A DNA stretch of 64,000 nt from a bacterium (lineage in GTDB: Bacteria > Patescibacteriota > Minisyncoccia > Phycocordibacterales > UBA6065). Positions 19,778 to 29,579 of this stretch are shown piece after piece; positions within the stretch are counted from its first letter, which is position 1, and each line of letters begins with the position of its first letter. The notes under the pieces are model-generated. The model searched no databases, was not told where the DNA came from, and was given only the letters and a program-made list of their open reading frames with translations. The stretch lies in NCBI GenBank assembly GCA_030680695.1, contig JAUXUT010000149.1, positions 536,324 through 600,323 of the forward strand. The letters run 5' to 3'. A program made the position numbers and the translations under genes.

Positions 19778-20305
19778 ATGGCTGGACACAACAAATGGTC
19801 ACAGATCAAGCACAAGAAAGCTAAGACGGATGGTGCCAAGTCCAAACTGTATTCTAAATACTCAAAACTTATATCTGCTGAGGCGCAGAATGTTAAAGGT
19901 GACCGAAATTCTCCGTCACTCCGCGCTTTGATTGAACGAGCCAAGGCCGAGGATGTAACGAATGACGTCATAGAGAGAGCCGTGAAAAAGGCGTCTGAGC
20001 CTGGTGCGGCGCTTGAAACCATAACGTACGAGGCCTATGGACCGGGTGGATGTGCCCTAATAATCGAGGCCCTTACCCAGAACAAGAATAAGGCCGCTCA
20101 GGAAGTGAAACATATTCTTTCTGATAATGGTTATTCACTTGCCGCCCCGGGCAGTGCGTCATGGGCGTTCACACGTGAAGGTGCGGAATGGAAGCCCTCT
20201 ATGACTGTGGCCCTCGAAGACGCGGATCTTGTCTTGCTCGAGAAGCTTGTAAATGACCTTGAGGCTAATGATGAGGTTCAGGAGGTGTTTACTAACGTGG
20301 AATAG
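19778..20305 (+). CDS. YebC/PmpR family transcriptional regulator-like protein (short, 175 aa)
   Basis: Canonical N-terminus MAGHNKWSQIKHKKAKTDGAKSK and YEAYGPGGCALIIEALTQNKNKAAQEVKHIL motif; about 65 aa shorter than typical YebC. Confidence 0.75.
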   Translation: MAGHNKWSQIKHKKAKTDGAKSKLYSKYSKLISAEAQNVKGDRNSPSLRALIERAKAEDVTNDVIERAVKKASEPGAALETITYEAYGPGGCALIIEALTQNKNKAAQEVKHILSDNGYSLAAPGSASWAFTREGAEWKPSMTVALEDADLVLLEKLVNDLEANDEVQEVFTNVE

Positions 20306-20362
20306 TATTTCTTAACTTCGTTTTACCTCTTGCCTCGTGGGTTGTCCGTATTAGAATGGGTG

Positions 20363-20549
20363 GTGAGAAGTTCGGTCGTGCCGATCTGCCGGGATAGTAG
20401 GCAGGACTCCGCCAATTTGCATGCACGGAGACGAGGAGGTGTTCGGTAAAACGAACTGCCCCAGGCCCCTGAAAAGGCCGAATCGCGAGACAGTACTAAA
20501 GCTGAGACGATCTCTTCTCAAGCACCCGTTCGCGGGTGCTTTTATTTTG
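20363..20549 (+). ncRNA. candidate ~190-nt small RNA between yebC-like gene and ruvC (unclassified; 6S- or SRP-like architecture possible)
   Basis: Promoter-like TTGCCT-16nt-TAGAAT at about 20329-20356; strong terminator AGCACCCG-TTCG-CGGGTGCT + TTTATTTT at 20522-20549; 5' TGAGAAG can pair with CTTCTCA just before the terminator; internal hairpins (GTTCG-GTAAAA-CGAAC). Confidence 0.3.
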
Positions 20550-20563
20550 CTATCATACGCCAC

Positions 20564-21064
20564 ATGAGACTCCTCGCCCTCGATCCAGGATACGAGCGAC
20601 TCGGCATCGCCGTGCTTGATAAGCCTGCGCCAGGGAAAGGTGCACGTGGCGAGAAGGAAACCCTCGTATATTCAGATTGCTTTAAGACTGACAAAAACCT
20701 CCCTCACAGCGAACGTCTTGGACTCGTCGGCGCCGAACTGTCGCGCATCATAGACGAGTTCGCCCCGCAGGCGGTTTGCCTTGAATCCTTGTTTTTCTCT
20801 AAGAATCAGACAACGGCGATAAAAGTTGCAGAAGCTCGAGGTGTGATATTGTATCTCGCCGCCAAGGCTGGCCTGCCTGTGTATGAATACAATCCGATGG
20901 AAATAAAAGTTGCTGTTACTGGGTACGGTAAAAGCGATAAACCATCTGTCATTGCCATGACGGAACGTCTCATCAAGATAAACAAGAAGATCCGCCACGA
21001 CGACGAATATGACGCGATCGCTGTTGGTCTCACATGTTTCGCGGTAGAGCGATTCGCAGCATAA
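20564..21064 (+). CDS. ruvC: crossover junction endodeoxyribonuclease RuvC
   Basis: 166 aa; N-terminal LALDPGYERLGIAVL (catalytic Asp), RNase H-like fold motifs. Confidence 0.85.
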   Translation: MRLLALDPGYERLGIAVLDKPAPGKGARGEKETLVYSDCFKTDKNLPHSERLGLVGAELSRIIDEFAPQAVCLESLFFSKNQTTAIKVAEARGVILYLAAKAGLPVYEYNPMEIKVAVTGYGKSDKPSVIAMTERLIKINKKIRHDDEYDAIAVGLTCFAVERFAA

Positions 21065-21138
21065 AGGTTATCCACATGCTTGCCACTCTTCCCAAGCAAA
21101 AGTATCTTTGGTAATAATATGGCGACATACACGAAAAC

Positions 21139-21417
21139 ATGGCACGAAAAAAGATCGAAAAAAGAATAGAAGAGGAAACACTGCTGACGATGCCGGCTGT
21201 TGCTCCTGTGGCCGCTTCCGTCGTCACTCCACGCGAAACCGAGGAAAATGAGGACCAGGAGGACGACAGCGACCCAAGCCCAAAAAAGGTGGCTTCTGAC
21301 GATGACGAACACCCTAACGAGGATGCTGAAGAAGGTTTTGGTATCGAAGGTGAAGAGGGTGAGGAAGAAGAAAATCCCCTCAGTGATTTCATGAGTGAAG
21401 AGGAAGAAAGCTGGTAA
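21139..21417 (+). CDS. hypothetical highly acidic protein
   Basis: 92 aa, extremely D/E-rich C-terminal half; no family recognised. Could be non-coding. Confidence 0.3.
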   Translation: MARKKIEKRIEEETLLTMPAVAPVAASVVTPRETEENEDQEDDSDPSPKKVASDDDEHPNEDAEEGFGIEGEEGEEEENPLSDFMSEEEESW

Positions 21418-21432
21418 CCTATATTGAGGCAG

Positions 21433-22656
21433 CTAACTTATACGTATTTTTATAAAACGGTGCTTGCCCACCTTGAGGTCAAGGTCCGCGGACACCTTGA
21501 AGTCTGGTGTCTCAATTGGTTTTCCGGCGGCAACGTCCTTAATCGCGCCACCTTCGATTAGGCGCCTGAAATCGGTCTTGGACGAGACAATTCCATTTAC
21601 GAGTAGAATATCAACAAGGGCCGTACCTATCGCAACCTTAGCCTCTTGGGCGTCCTCAGGCATGCCCCCTTCGGTGAATGCACCAACAAATGAGGCCTTC
21701 GCTTTCTCGGCAGCTGTATTGCCATGATATAAACCAGCCACAGCGAGAGCGAGCCTTTGCTTTACATCGCGTGGGTTTCCACCGGCAGCTAAAAATGCCT
21801 GTTCCTTGGTGATTTCTTCCTCGGAAACCATAGTGCAAAGTTCAAACCCAGGAATAATCATGTTGTCAGGCCAGCTCATTACCTTGCCAAACATTTCTTC
21901 GGCGCTGTCCTGCATAGTAATCATGTTGCCTTCGGTCTTACCCATCTTCTTACCAGAAGAATCCACAAGCAACTTGGTTGCGATGACGGCCTTCTCTTTA
22001 TCTTTCATTGAACGCATGAGGTCTCGGCCAGCAAGCATGTTGAAAGTTTGGTCGTTACCGCCGATTTCTGCATCGACATCCATGGCCACACTGTCATAGC
22101 CCTGCATCAACGGATACAAGAATTCGTGCATGAACACTGGTTTTCCTTGATCCATTCTGGCGCGGAACATATCTCGCTTGAGCATTTGATCAACCGTCAT
22201 ATTTGATGCAAGTCGAACAACATCAGCAAAACCCATCTTATCCAGCCACTTGCTATTGAACTTAAATTTTGCGGCATTAGCCCCAGAAAAAGACAGAAAA
22301 GTTGAGGCTTGTTTCTTGTACAAAGAAAGATTTTTAAGAACATCTTTTCGTGAGAGCTGTTTCCTCGCAGCCATCTTGTCTGAAGGGTCTCCAATCATGG
22401 CTGTGAAATCCCCCATAAGAAGTATGACCTGGTGGCCCATCTTTTGAAGAGCGGCGAGCTTCATTATTGGTATGGCGTGACCCATATGAAGTGTCGGTCC
22501 GGTCGGATCTATGCCGAGATATATCGTAAGTCTCTTGCCGCTTGCCAAAGATTTACCAAAAGCCTCTTTGGATGGAAAAATCGCCTCAACCCCCCGAGAA
22601 AGAAAATTTTCGATGGCCTTTGGATCAGTGTTTGGCTTTGGGCGAGAGAATATCAT
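21433..22656 (-). CDS. tyrS: tyrosine--tRNA ligase
   Basis: 407 aa; HIGH-type motif (HMGH), KMGKT (KMSKS), C-terminal S4-like RNA-binding domain. Confidence 0.85.
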   Translation of the reverse strand: MIFSRPKPNTDPKAIENFLSRGVEAIFPSKEAFGKSLASGKRLTIYLGIDPTGPTLHMGHAIPIMKLAALQKMGHQVILLMGDFTAMIGDPSDKMAARKQLSRKDVLKNLSLYKKQASTFLSFSGANAAKFKFNSKWLDKMGFADVVRLASNMTVDQMLKRDMFRARMDQGKPVFMHEFLYPLMQGYDSVAMDVDAEIGGNDQTFNMLAGRDLMRSMKDKEKAVIATKLLVDSSGKKMGKTEGNMITMQDSAEEMFGKVMSWPDNMIIPGFELCTMVSEEEITKEQAFLAAGGNPRDVKQRLALAVAGLYHGNTAAEKAKASFVGAFTEGGMPEDAQEAKVAIGTALVDILLVNGIVSSKTDFRRLIEGGAIKDVAAGKPIETPDFKVSADLDLKVGKHRFIKIRIS

Positions 22657-22729
22657 GAGAACACTTTATCATAGCCGTATTTTGTTGTCTTGTAGGCCGT
22701 CTCTGTAGGTGATATCTTAGACCATACCC

Positions 22730-25276
22730 ATGAAGAAAAGCTTCTTTGCCAGGGCCAAGCGCCATTTTAAGTCACACACCAAGCAGGATGTCCTAATACT
22801 GCTCGCCTGCATCGCCTGTATTGCCATAGGAATAGTCGTTCTCTGGATCTCATCCTTCCGCCTCCCAGACATCTCATCTTTCGACCAACGCAAGGTCTCT
22901 GAATCAACCAAAATATATGATCGCACCGGCGAAGTGCTGCTCTTCGACCTGCACGACAGTGTGAAAAGAACTGTGGTGTCGAGCGACGACATCTCTGAAA
23001 ACCTCAAAAAGGCAACTATTGCTATTGAGGATGATCGTTTCTATGAACACATCGGTGTCAGGCCAATGGCGTTTCTTCGTGCTGTTATTGTAAACATAAA
23101 AGACGGCGGATTTAGCCAGGGAGGTTCTACCATCACACAGCAAGTTGTTAAAAACACCCTGCTCACCGCGGACAAAAGCCCGAGCAGAAAAATAAAAGAG
23201 TGGGTCTTGGCTGTGAAACTTGAAAAACTCATCAGCAAGGAACGGATCCTTGAAATATACCTCAACGAAAACCCTTACGGTGGAAATATTTATGGTGTGC
23301 AGGAAGCATCGAGACAATTCTTCGGCAAAACAGCCAAGGACGTGACACTTGCAGAAGCTTCTTATCTTGCAGCGATTCCCCAGGCGAGCACCTTCTATTC
23401 ACCTTATGGTCCAAATCGTGACAGACTTGAGGCGCGTAAAAACCTTGTGCTATCACGCATGTTCGATCAAGGACTCATAACCAAAGAAGAATATGATGTA
23501 GCAAGATCTGAATCGGTTGTATTCCAAGAACGCGGCACCTTCGGAATAAAAGCGGCTCACTTTGTGTTTTTTGTTAAAGACCACCTGGAAGGGATTCTTG
23601 GTAAGGGAGCTCTTGATAACGAGGGTTATAAAATCATAACAACCCTTGATGCGGGACTACAGACGGCAAATGAAGAAATAATCAAATCTTCGGCCCTTCA
23701 AAACAAAATCAATTTCGAAGCTGAGAATGCGGCCCTGATTGCCCTGGATCCGAAAACCGGGGACATCCTATCTATGGTGGGATCTCGCGACTATTTCGAT
23801 AAAGAGATAGACGGTCAATTCAATGCGGCGATTGCTCCTAATCGCCAACCTGGATCAACCATGAAACCGATAATATATGCCCAGGCTTTTTCTGAGGGCT
23901 ACACTGATGACACCGTACTTTTCGATGTACAGACAGAATTCAGTGCGCAGTGTGACAAAGATGGAAAACCACTCAACCCAAGCGCTGACCCAAAGGTGTG
24001 TTACCGCCCACAAAACTACGATGATACCTTCAGAGGACCAATAACCCTACGTGATGCCCTCGCCCAATCAATAAACGTCCCTGCTGTAAAACTCCTGTAT
24101 CTTGCAGGAATCACTGATTCAATAAACCTGGCTCGCCAAATGGGGATAACAAGTCTTGGTGGTGCTAATCAGTACGGTCTCACCCTTGTTTTAGGAGGTG
24201 GTCAGATATCCCTCCTAGAAATGACGAGTGCTTATGGGGTGTTTGCGAACGACGGGTTCCGTGTTCCTTATCGATCAGTACTCCAGGTATTTGATTCGAG
24301 TGGTAATGAGGTTAGACTGCCTGCCCAAAAAACCACACGTGCGCTCGACCAAAATGTCGCAAGAACAATATCGAATATACTCTCAGATAACGTGGCAAGA
24401 ACTCCTGGTTATGGGCCTAATTCGATACTTTACTTCCCTAATCGAGACGTCGCTGTAAAAACAGGTACCACCAATGAGTCTCGTGACGCCTGGACCATTG
24501 GGTACTCGCCAAACATCGTTGTTGGTATCTGGGCCGGAAATAATGATAATCGGCCCATGGTGAAGCGTGTGGCGGGCCAGATAGTGGCTCCTATATGGAA
24601 CCGTGCAATGACTGAAGCTCTTAAATCTCTGCCCGACGAAAGGTTCGTAAATCCAACCAAACCAGATCCAATGACTCTTAAGCCTGTTATGAAGGGTGTT
24701 TGGCAGGGTGGTGACGCGTATGTGATAGATAAGATCTCGGGAAAGCTCGCCACCAACTTTACCCCATATGAAGCACGTGAGGAAAGGGTTGTGCCTGGTA
24801 TACACACAATTCTTTACTGGCTCGACAAAAATAATCCACTTGGCGACAAACCATTCAACCCAGCATCAGACCCTCAGTTTGATAGGTGGGAGTACGCTGT
24901 ACGTAAATGGGCGGCCGAACGGGGTTATGTTGATGGTGACAGATCAATAATCCCAACGCAGATGGATGATGTGCATACCTCTGCCAGCGCCCTAAAAATA
25001 GAGGTGCAAAACTTGTCTGGTGAAACTGAATATGATCCATATGAAAACCTGTCCGTATTCGTATCATCTTCTGGTATCTATCCACTCACACAGGTGAGCC
25101 TATACCTAAACGGCACACTGTTTGGAACCGTGAGGGAACAGCCGTTTGTTTTTAGGTTCAGCCCACAAGACATCCCAGGTCTAGGAGAAAGGAATGAGGT
25201 TCGTGTTGTTGGCACCGACAGTGTGTATAACAGCGCCGAAGATGAAGCTGTGTTGCGAGTCAGACTAGACGGCTAA
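22730..25276 (+). CDS. mrcA: class A penicillin-binding protein (PBP1A; glycosyltransferase + transpeptidase)
   Basis: 848 aa; N-terminal TM anchor; GT51 motifs (EDDRFYEHIGV, ..KERILEIYLNENPYGGNIYGV); transpeptidase SxxK (STMKP), SxN, KTGT; C-terminal extension domain. Confidence 0.9.
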   Translation: MKKSFFARAKRHFKSHTKQDVLILLACIACIAIGIVVLWISSFRLPDISSFDQRKVSESTKIYDRTGEVLLFDLHDSVKRTVVSSDDISENLKKATIAIEDDRFYEHIGVRPMAFLRAVIVNIKDGGFSQGGSTITQQVVKNTLLTADKSPSRKIKEWVLAVKLEKLISKERILEIYLNENPYGGNIYGVQEASRQFFGKTAKDVTLAEASYLAAIPQASTFYSPYGPNRDRLEARKNLVLSRMFDQGLITKEEYDVARSESVVFQERGTFGIKAAHFVFFVKDHLEGILGKGALDNEGYKIITTLDAGLQTANEEIIKSSALQNKINFEAENAALIALDPKTGDILSMVGSRDYFDKEIDGQFNAAIAPNRQPGSTMKPIIYAQAFSEGYTDDTVLFDVQTEFSAQCDKDGKPLNPSADPKVCYRPQNYDDTFRGPITLRDALAQSINVPAVKLLYLAGITDSINLARQMGITSLGGANQYGLTLVLGGGQISLLEMTSAYGVFANDGFRVPYRSVLQVFDSSGNEVRLPAQKTTRALDQNVARTISNILSDNVARTPGYGPNSILYFPNRDVAVKTGTTNESRDAWTIGYSPNIVVGIWAGNNDNRPMVKRVAGQIVAPIWNRAMTEALKSLPDERFVNPTKPDPMTLKPVMKGVWQGGDAYVIDKISGKLATNFTPYEAREERVVPGIHTILYWLDKNNPLGDKPFNPASDPQFDRWEYAVRKWAAERGYVDGDRSIIPTQMDDVHTSASALKIEVQNLSGETEYDPYENLSVFVSSSGIYPLTQVSLYLNGTLFGTVREQPFVFRFSPQDIPGLGERNEVRVVGTDSVYNSAEDEAVLRVRLDG

Positions 25277-25521
25277 CGCACATCAATAATCTTTAGGTCT
25301 GGGTTTTCTGAGAGGCGCCTAAGTAGGGCGCCTTTCTTTATAAAAACTAATGCTTGGGCTGTGGAGTTTGCTTTTATATAAAGCACTCCGCGGCGAAGTT
25401 CGAACTTAATATCATTAATACCGCAAACATCTTTTAATGCGGTGTTTATAGCATCATTAGAATCCTTTGATTGTTTCTCGAGTTTTGAGAACCTTTTAAG
25501 GTAATCGGTGATGTTAAACAT
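25273..25521 (-). CDS. DUF721/DciA-like protein
   Basis: 82 aa; C-terminal LRRGVLYIKANSTAQALVFIKKGALLRRL resembles the DUF721 signature (GVLxVxxxSxAWxxxL); located immediately downstream of dnaN. Confidence 0.5.
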   Translation of the reverse strand: MFNITDYLKRFSKLEKQSKDSNDAINTALKDVCGINDIKFELRRGVLYIKANSTAQALVFIKKGALLRRLSENPDLKIIDVR

Positions 25522-25539
25522 TGGTTTATAAAACCAACC

Positions 25540-26640
25540 TTATCTGTTCATAGGCATCACAAGATACATAAAGGATCGGTCTGTGACACCGTGTATAACA
25601 AGGGGCTTGTTTGCTCCTCCAAGAGAGAGCGAGAGGCTGTCTGCGTCGATGGACTGGAAACAGTCGGCAATGTATCGGTAATTGAAATTGATATCAACGT
25701 CCTGCCCAGTAACACTTGCGTCCATTGAGTTTGTGTATTCCCCAACATCACTGTTCTTTGTTGAAACAACAAATGATTTCTTTGATGGTGTGGCTTTTAT
25801 ATTGACCTGATTGAATTTATCCGAGAAAACATTGGATGTTTTGAGTGAGTCAACAAGGTCTTGTTTAAGTACAATAACCTCGGTTATAAAAGCTTTTGGC
25901 ACTATTTGTTTATAGTCTGGGAACGTGGCGTCAACCACCCTAGACATCAAATACATGTCTTTTGCCTCAAAAGCAATCTGGTTTTTATCAAAAAGGACTT
26001 GTATATCTTCTGTTGAAGTTTCTAGTGATTTTATAATGTCTAAAACATTCTTGGCTGGAATAATAACCGATGGAAAATCAAGTGTGTCTTTCACTTTCAC
26101 CTTCTTTTCTGCAAGACGAAATGAATCTGTTGATACAAAAACTAGATCAGATCCATCTTTGTAGATATACACACTAGCAAGCTCTGGTTTAATGCTTGAT
26201 GTTGATGCGCTATATACAACAGATTTTAGGCCCTTAACAAGGGTTTTTGGGTTTATTTCTATTGTTTTTTGAGATTCAAGCTTTGGAATTGATGGGAAGT
26301 CTTCTGGAGAAAACGTTTTAATAAGAGTTGTGTTGGATGGTGTGGATACCAATGCATTACCATCTTTTGTTTCAAGGGTGATGTTTTTTTCGCGATGAAG
26401 ACCCGAAAGAAGGGAGCTTAGAACAGCGCCATGGAGAGCTATCTCACCTTCTTCAGACACTTTTGCTGGAACAACTATTTCTATGCCGCAATCAAGGTTT
26501 GTTGCGCGTATAGTAAGAGCGCTTTTGGAGGCCTTCATGTGTATACAGGACAATATCGGCAAAGAAAGATTTTTGCCGGTTAACCTATCAGCTTTTGCGA
26601 TCCCCTCTATTAACTTATCTTTTATACACTCGATTTTCAT
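25540..26640 (-). CDS. dnaN: DNA polymerase III beta subunit (sliding clamp)
   Basis: 366 aa; typical three-domain clamp layout beginning MKIECIKDKLIEGI. Confidence 0.9.
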   Translation of the reverse strand: MKIECIKDKLIEGIAKADRLTGKNLSLPILSCIHMKASKSALTIRATNLDCGIEIVVPAKVSEEGEIALHGAVLSSLLSGLHREKNITLETKDGNALVSTPSNTTLIKTFSPEDFPSIPKLESQKTIEINPKTLVKGLKSVVYSASTSSIKPELASVYIYKDGSDLVFVSTDSFRLAEKKVKVKDTLDFPSVIIPAKNVLDIIKSLETSTEDIQVLFDKNQIAFEAKDMYLMSRVVDATFPDYKQIVPKAFITEVIVLKQDLVDSLKTSNVFSDKFNQVNIKATPSKKSFVVSTKNSDVGEYTNSMDASVTGQDVDINFNYRYIADCFQSIDADSLSLSLGGANKPLVIHGVTDRSFMYLVMPMNR

Positions 26641-26872
26641 ATCCCCAGTATATCTTCTATTTTCTTTATAAAACTAAAACTATTCCTATTAAAGGTGTGG
26701 ATATGTGGATAACACACTCAACGGCCTTATATAAACATATAACACCAACCCAGAATCTCAGAACCTGTTGAATAAACTTTGATTTATCCACCACCACTGA
26801 AATGAACACCGAACCAATCCGTCTTATACCCAATCTGTCCCCAACAAACCAACACAGAAAACCACAGGTTAT
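26641..26872. promoter_or_regulatory. candidate oriC (DnaA-box cluster + AT-rich DUE) in dnaA-dnaN spacer
   Basis: TGTGGATAT-TGTGGATAA tandem (one perfect consensus box), TTATCCACC and TTATCTACA boxes, plus an AT-rich stretch (TATCTTCTATTTTCTTTATAAAACTAAAACTATTCCTATTAAA). Confidence 0.6.
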
Positions 26873-28294
26873 CTACATGATAAGAGACCGGATATGATTC
26901 AACTCCTGAAGAAGTACGTGGTTGGACTTTATATCCTCCTTTATTTTCTCGCAAGAGTGTATGACGGTTGTATGGTCACGACCACCAAGCTTTTCACCAA
27001 TCGATGGGTACGAGATATTCATATCTTCACGTAAAAGATACATTATTACTTGGCGTGGTTTAACCACCTCTTTTTTACGTGTTTTTTCGTAAATATGACT
27101 TTCGTTTATGTTATAGAAATCGGAAACAAGTTTCACAATATCTTTAACAGAAATAGATTTTTTTGGTTTAAGACTGTTTTTAAGCAGAGCCTTAATATCT
27201 ATAATGTTTAATTCCCTACCCTTAACCTGCATTTGAATGGCTATGGAATTGATTATTCCCTCCAATTCACGGATATTGCCATCTATACTGTGGGCCAAAA
27301 ACTCAATAATCTCTGGGGTGAGGTTTATGCGGCGTTGGGACATTTTAGCCCGCAAAATAGCAAGCCTAGACTCATAATCTGGTGTAGACACATCAACAAT
27401 CATTCCTGCGTTAAAGCGCGATTTTATACGATCTTCTAACTCAGGAATATGGTTGGGGTGCCTATCAGACGAACAAATAAGCTGCTTGTTGTTCTCATGG
27501 AGAGAATTAAAGAGGTGAAAAAACTCTTCTTGCGACTTCTCTTTACTCGAGAAGAATTGAACATCATCCATAATAAGGACGTCGTATTTTCGATAACGCT
27601 CCTTGAAATGATTCGCCCTCCCGAGCTGCAATGAGTTCATATAATCAACAGCAAACCGCTCGGACGTTACGTAGTACACCTTTTTAGATGGATGGTGTTG
27701 TTTGATGTGATTGCCAACAGCCTGTGTAAGGTGTGTTTTTCCACGTCCTGTATCTCCATAGATAAAGAGTGGGTTGTAAGCAACTCCAGGATTTTTCATA
27801 ACAGCCTGCGCCGCAGCATGGGCGAGCTCGTTAAATGGACCAACCACAAAAGAATCAAAAGTATATTTTGGATTAAGGTTGTCTTCTTTGTTTATATAAA
27901 AGTCTTGCAGAGGCAGTTCGAAAGTCGGGGCAAGTACCTTTTTTGGTTCTTCTGCGGCTTCCTGTTTTTTCTCGTTTATCTTACCAATTACGTATTCTAT
28001 AGCCCTCACATCGTTACCGAAGTCACGGAGGTGTTTGAGTACGGTCTTGTGGAACTTGCTAGAAAGCCAATCTTTGGCGAATACGCTCGGAACCGACAGA
28101 TATACGACACCGTCAGATATTTTGTGAATATGAGTCTCCCTAAACCACATCGTGAAATTTCCTTTCGATACGGTGAGTTCGATCGCCCCAAGCACATTCT
28201 CCCAAAGTTTTTTATTATCTATTGAGGCCACAGGTTTTACTTTTTGATATGAGTAAGTATATAGTGCCGTTTGAATCAGAGAACTTGTGAACAA
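26873..28294 (-). CDS. dnaA: chromosomal replication initiator DnaA
   Basis: 473 aa; AAA+ Walker [11 protein letters not shown], Walker B, C-terminal DnaA-box binding HTH (..[11 protein letters not shown]..). Confidence 0.9.
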   Translation of the reverse strand: MFTSSLIQTALYTYSYQKVKPVASIDNKKLWENVLGAIELTVSKGNFTMWFRETHIHKISDGVVYLSVPSVFAKDWLSSKFHKTVLKHLRDFGNDVRAIEYVIGKINEKKQEAAEEPKKVLAPTFELPLQDFYINKEDNLNPKYTFDSFVVGPFNELAHAAAQAVMKNPGVAYNPLFIYGDTGRGKTHLTQAVGNHIKQHHPSKKVYYVTSERFAVDYMNSLQLGRANHFKERYRKYDVLIMDDVQFFSSKEKSQEEFFHLFNSLHENNKQLICSSDRHPNHIPELEDRIKSRFNAGMIVDVSTPDYESRLAILRAKMSQRRINLTPEIIEFLAHSIDGNIRELEGIINSIAIQMQVKGRELNIIDIKALLKNSLKPKKSISVKDIVKLVSDFYNINESHIYEKTRKKEVVKPRQVIMYLLREDMNISYPSIGEKLGGRDHTTVIHSCEKIKEDIKSNHVLLQELNHIRSLIM

Positions 28295-28351
28295 GTCATA
28301 AGTATGTTAATAATATGTGCACAAGCTGTTAATAAGAATTTTCTCTTCGCC

Positions 28352-28489
28352 ATGGCAATCAAGTACAAAACTAAAAACAGGAAGAGGGCTCGAGCCCACG
28401 GTTTCCTCGCTCGCAAGAGCTCCCCTACCGGCAGGAAGGTTATTGCTCGTAGACGACAGAAGGGCCGCAAGAGGATAATTAAGGCTTAA
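28352..28489 (+). CDS. rpmH: 50S ribosomal protein L34
   Basis: [45 protein letters not shown]; classic L34; divergent from dnaA. Confidence 0.85.
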   Translation: MAIKYKTKNRKRARAHGFLARKSSPTGRKVIARRRQKGRKRIIKA

Positions 28490-28493
28490 AGCC

Positions 28494-28820
28494 ATGCTAC
28501 GCAAGGCAGATCGCCTCGCGTCTCGCGACATAAATCGCCCATCTCAAGGAAAAAGCGTCTTCGGGACGCTTATTTCTATGCGTTTTTTACCATCCGAGCA
28601 CACCAAAGTTTCCGTGGTTGTGTCTAAAAAGGTCGCGCCGACAGCCGTTGGACGCAACCGGATCCGCCGCAGGGTCTATGCTGCTGTGCGAGAAGTGAGA
28701 AATTCACTCAAAAAACCCGCTTTTATAATGATTATGCCCAAGAAAGAGTGCCTTTCTTGCGATATAAGGTCAATCAATGACGAGCTCAAAACCCTTTTTA
28801 ACAAGGCTGGTCTTTCGTGA
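28494..28820 (+). CDS. rnpA: ribonuclease P protein component
   Basis: 108 aa basic protein directly after rpmH with an RnpA-like pattern (RLxxxxDFxxV..G). Confidence 0.8.
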   Translation: MLRKADRLASRDINRPSQGKSVFGTLISMRFLPSEHTKVSVVVSKKVAPTAVGRNRIRRRVYAAVREVRNSLKKPAFIMIMPKKECLSCDIRSINDELKTLFNKAGLS

Positions 28821-28835
28821 TAGTATTGCCCAATC

Positions 28836-29579
28836 ATGATTTCTTTGTATAACACATATATTTACGAGCCCCTCTATAACGGTCTCATCCTTCTTATTGA
28901 TTACCTACCATTCCTTGATGCGGGAATCATTATTATCATATTCACGATTATCGTCCGCATCATAATATTTCCACTTTCTAAAAAAGCGGCTCGCACCCAG
29001 GTCGTCATGAAGGCTCTAGAGCCGGAGTTGAATGCCCTTAAAGAGCGCCACAAGGACGACAAACAAGGTCAGGCTGTCGCCATCATGGGTTTCTACAAAA
29101 AGAACGGTATAAACCCTTTCTCAAGCATTTTTCTTCTCATAATCCAGCTCCCGATCATCTTTGCACTATACAAAATCTTCTACTCAACCGGACTTTCGGC
29201 TGTGAATGGTGAAATACTGTACTCGTTCGTTGCTATGCCGGCCCAAATAAACACCGCCTTTCTCGGATTGTTCGATGTTACACAAAAGAGCGTTGTTCTC
29301 GCTGTCATCGCCGCCGCCTCACAGTTCCTCCAAATTCATTTTTCCATGCCTAAACCCCCAGCAAAGACCGGAAAAGGTGGTTTTCAAGAGGATTTTGCGC
29401 GCAGCATGCATATGCAGATGAAGTACGTCTTTCCCATCTTCATACTTTTCATCGGATATCACGCAGCTGGTGCACTCGCCATATATTGGACCACAAGCAA
29501 CATCTTTATGATCGCTCAGGAGATATATGTACGCAGGGAGCTTGCCAAAGAAATGGCGCTCAAAGAGAAGAAGGTCTAA
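28836..29579 (+). CDS. yidC: membrane protein insertase YidC (short form)
   Basis: 247 aa polytopic membrane protein following rpmH-rnpA; YidC/Oxa1 conserved core. Confidence 0.85.
   Translation: MISLYNTYIYEPLYNGLILLIDYLPFLDAGIIIIIFTIIVRIIIFPLSKKAARTQVVMKALEPELNALKERHKDDKQGQAVAIMGFYKKNGINPFSSIFLLIIQLPIIFALYKIFYSTGLSAVNGEILYSFVAMPAQINTAFLGLFDVTQKSVVLAVIAAASQFLQIHFSMPKPPAKTGKGGFQEDFARSMHMQMKYVFPIFILFIGYHAAGALAIYWTTSNIFMIAQEIYVRRELAKEMALKEKKV

Noticed and set aside
18357-20563. RNase P RNA, tmRNA or SRP RNA in the unexplained spacers (18.4, 20.3, 54.1 kb)
   Set aside because: No P4 strands (GGAAAGUCC / ACAGARNNNGGCUUA), no tRNA-like 3' domain with a tag ORF ending ..AA-stop, and no GGAAGCAGC-type SRP domain IV motif were found by eye. 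They are left as unclassified candidates rather than assigned.
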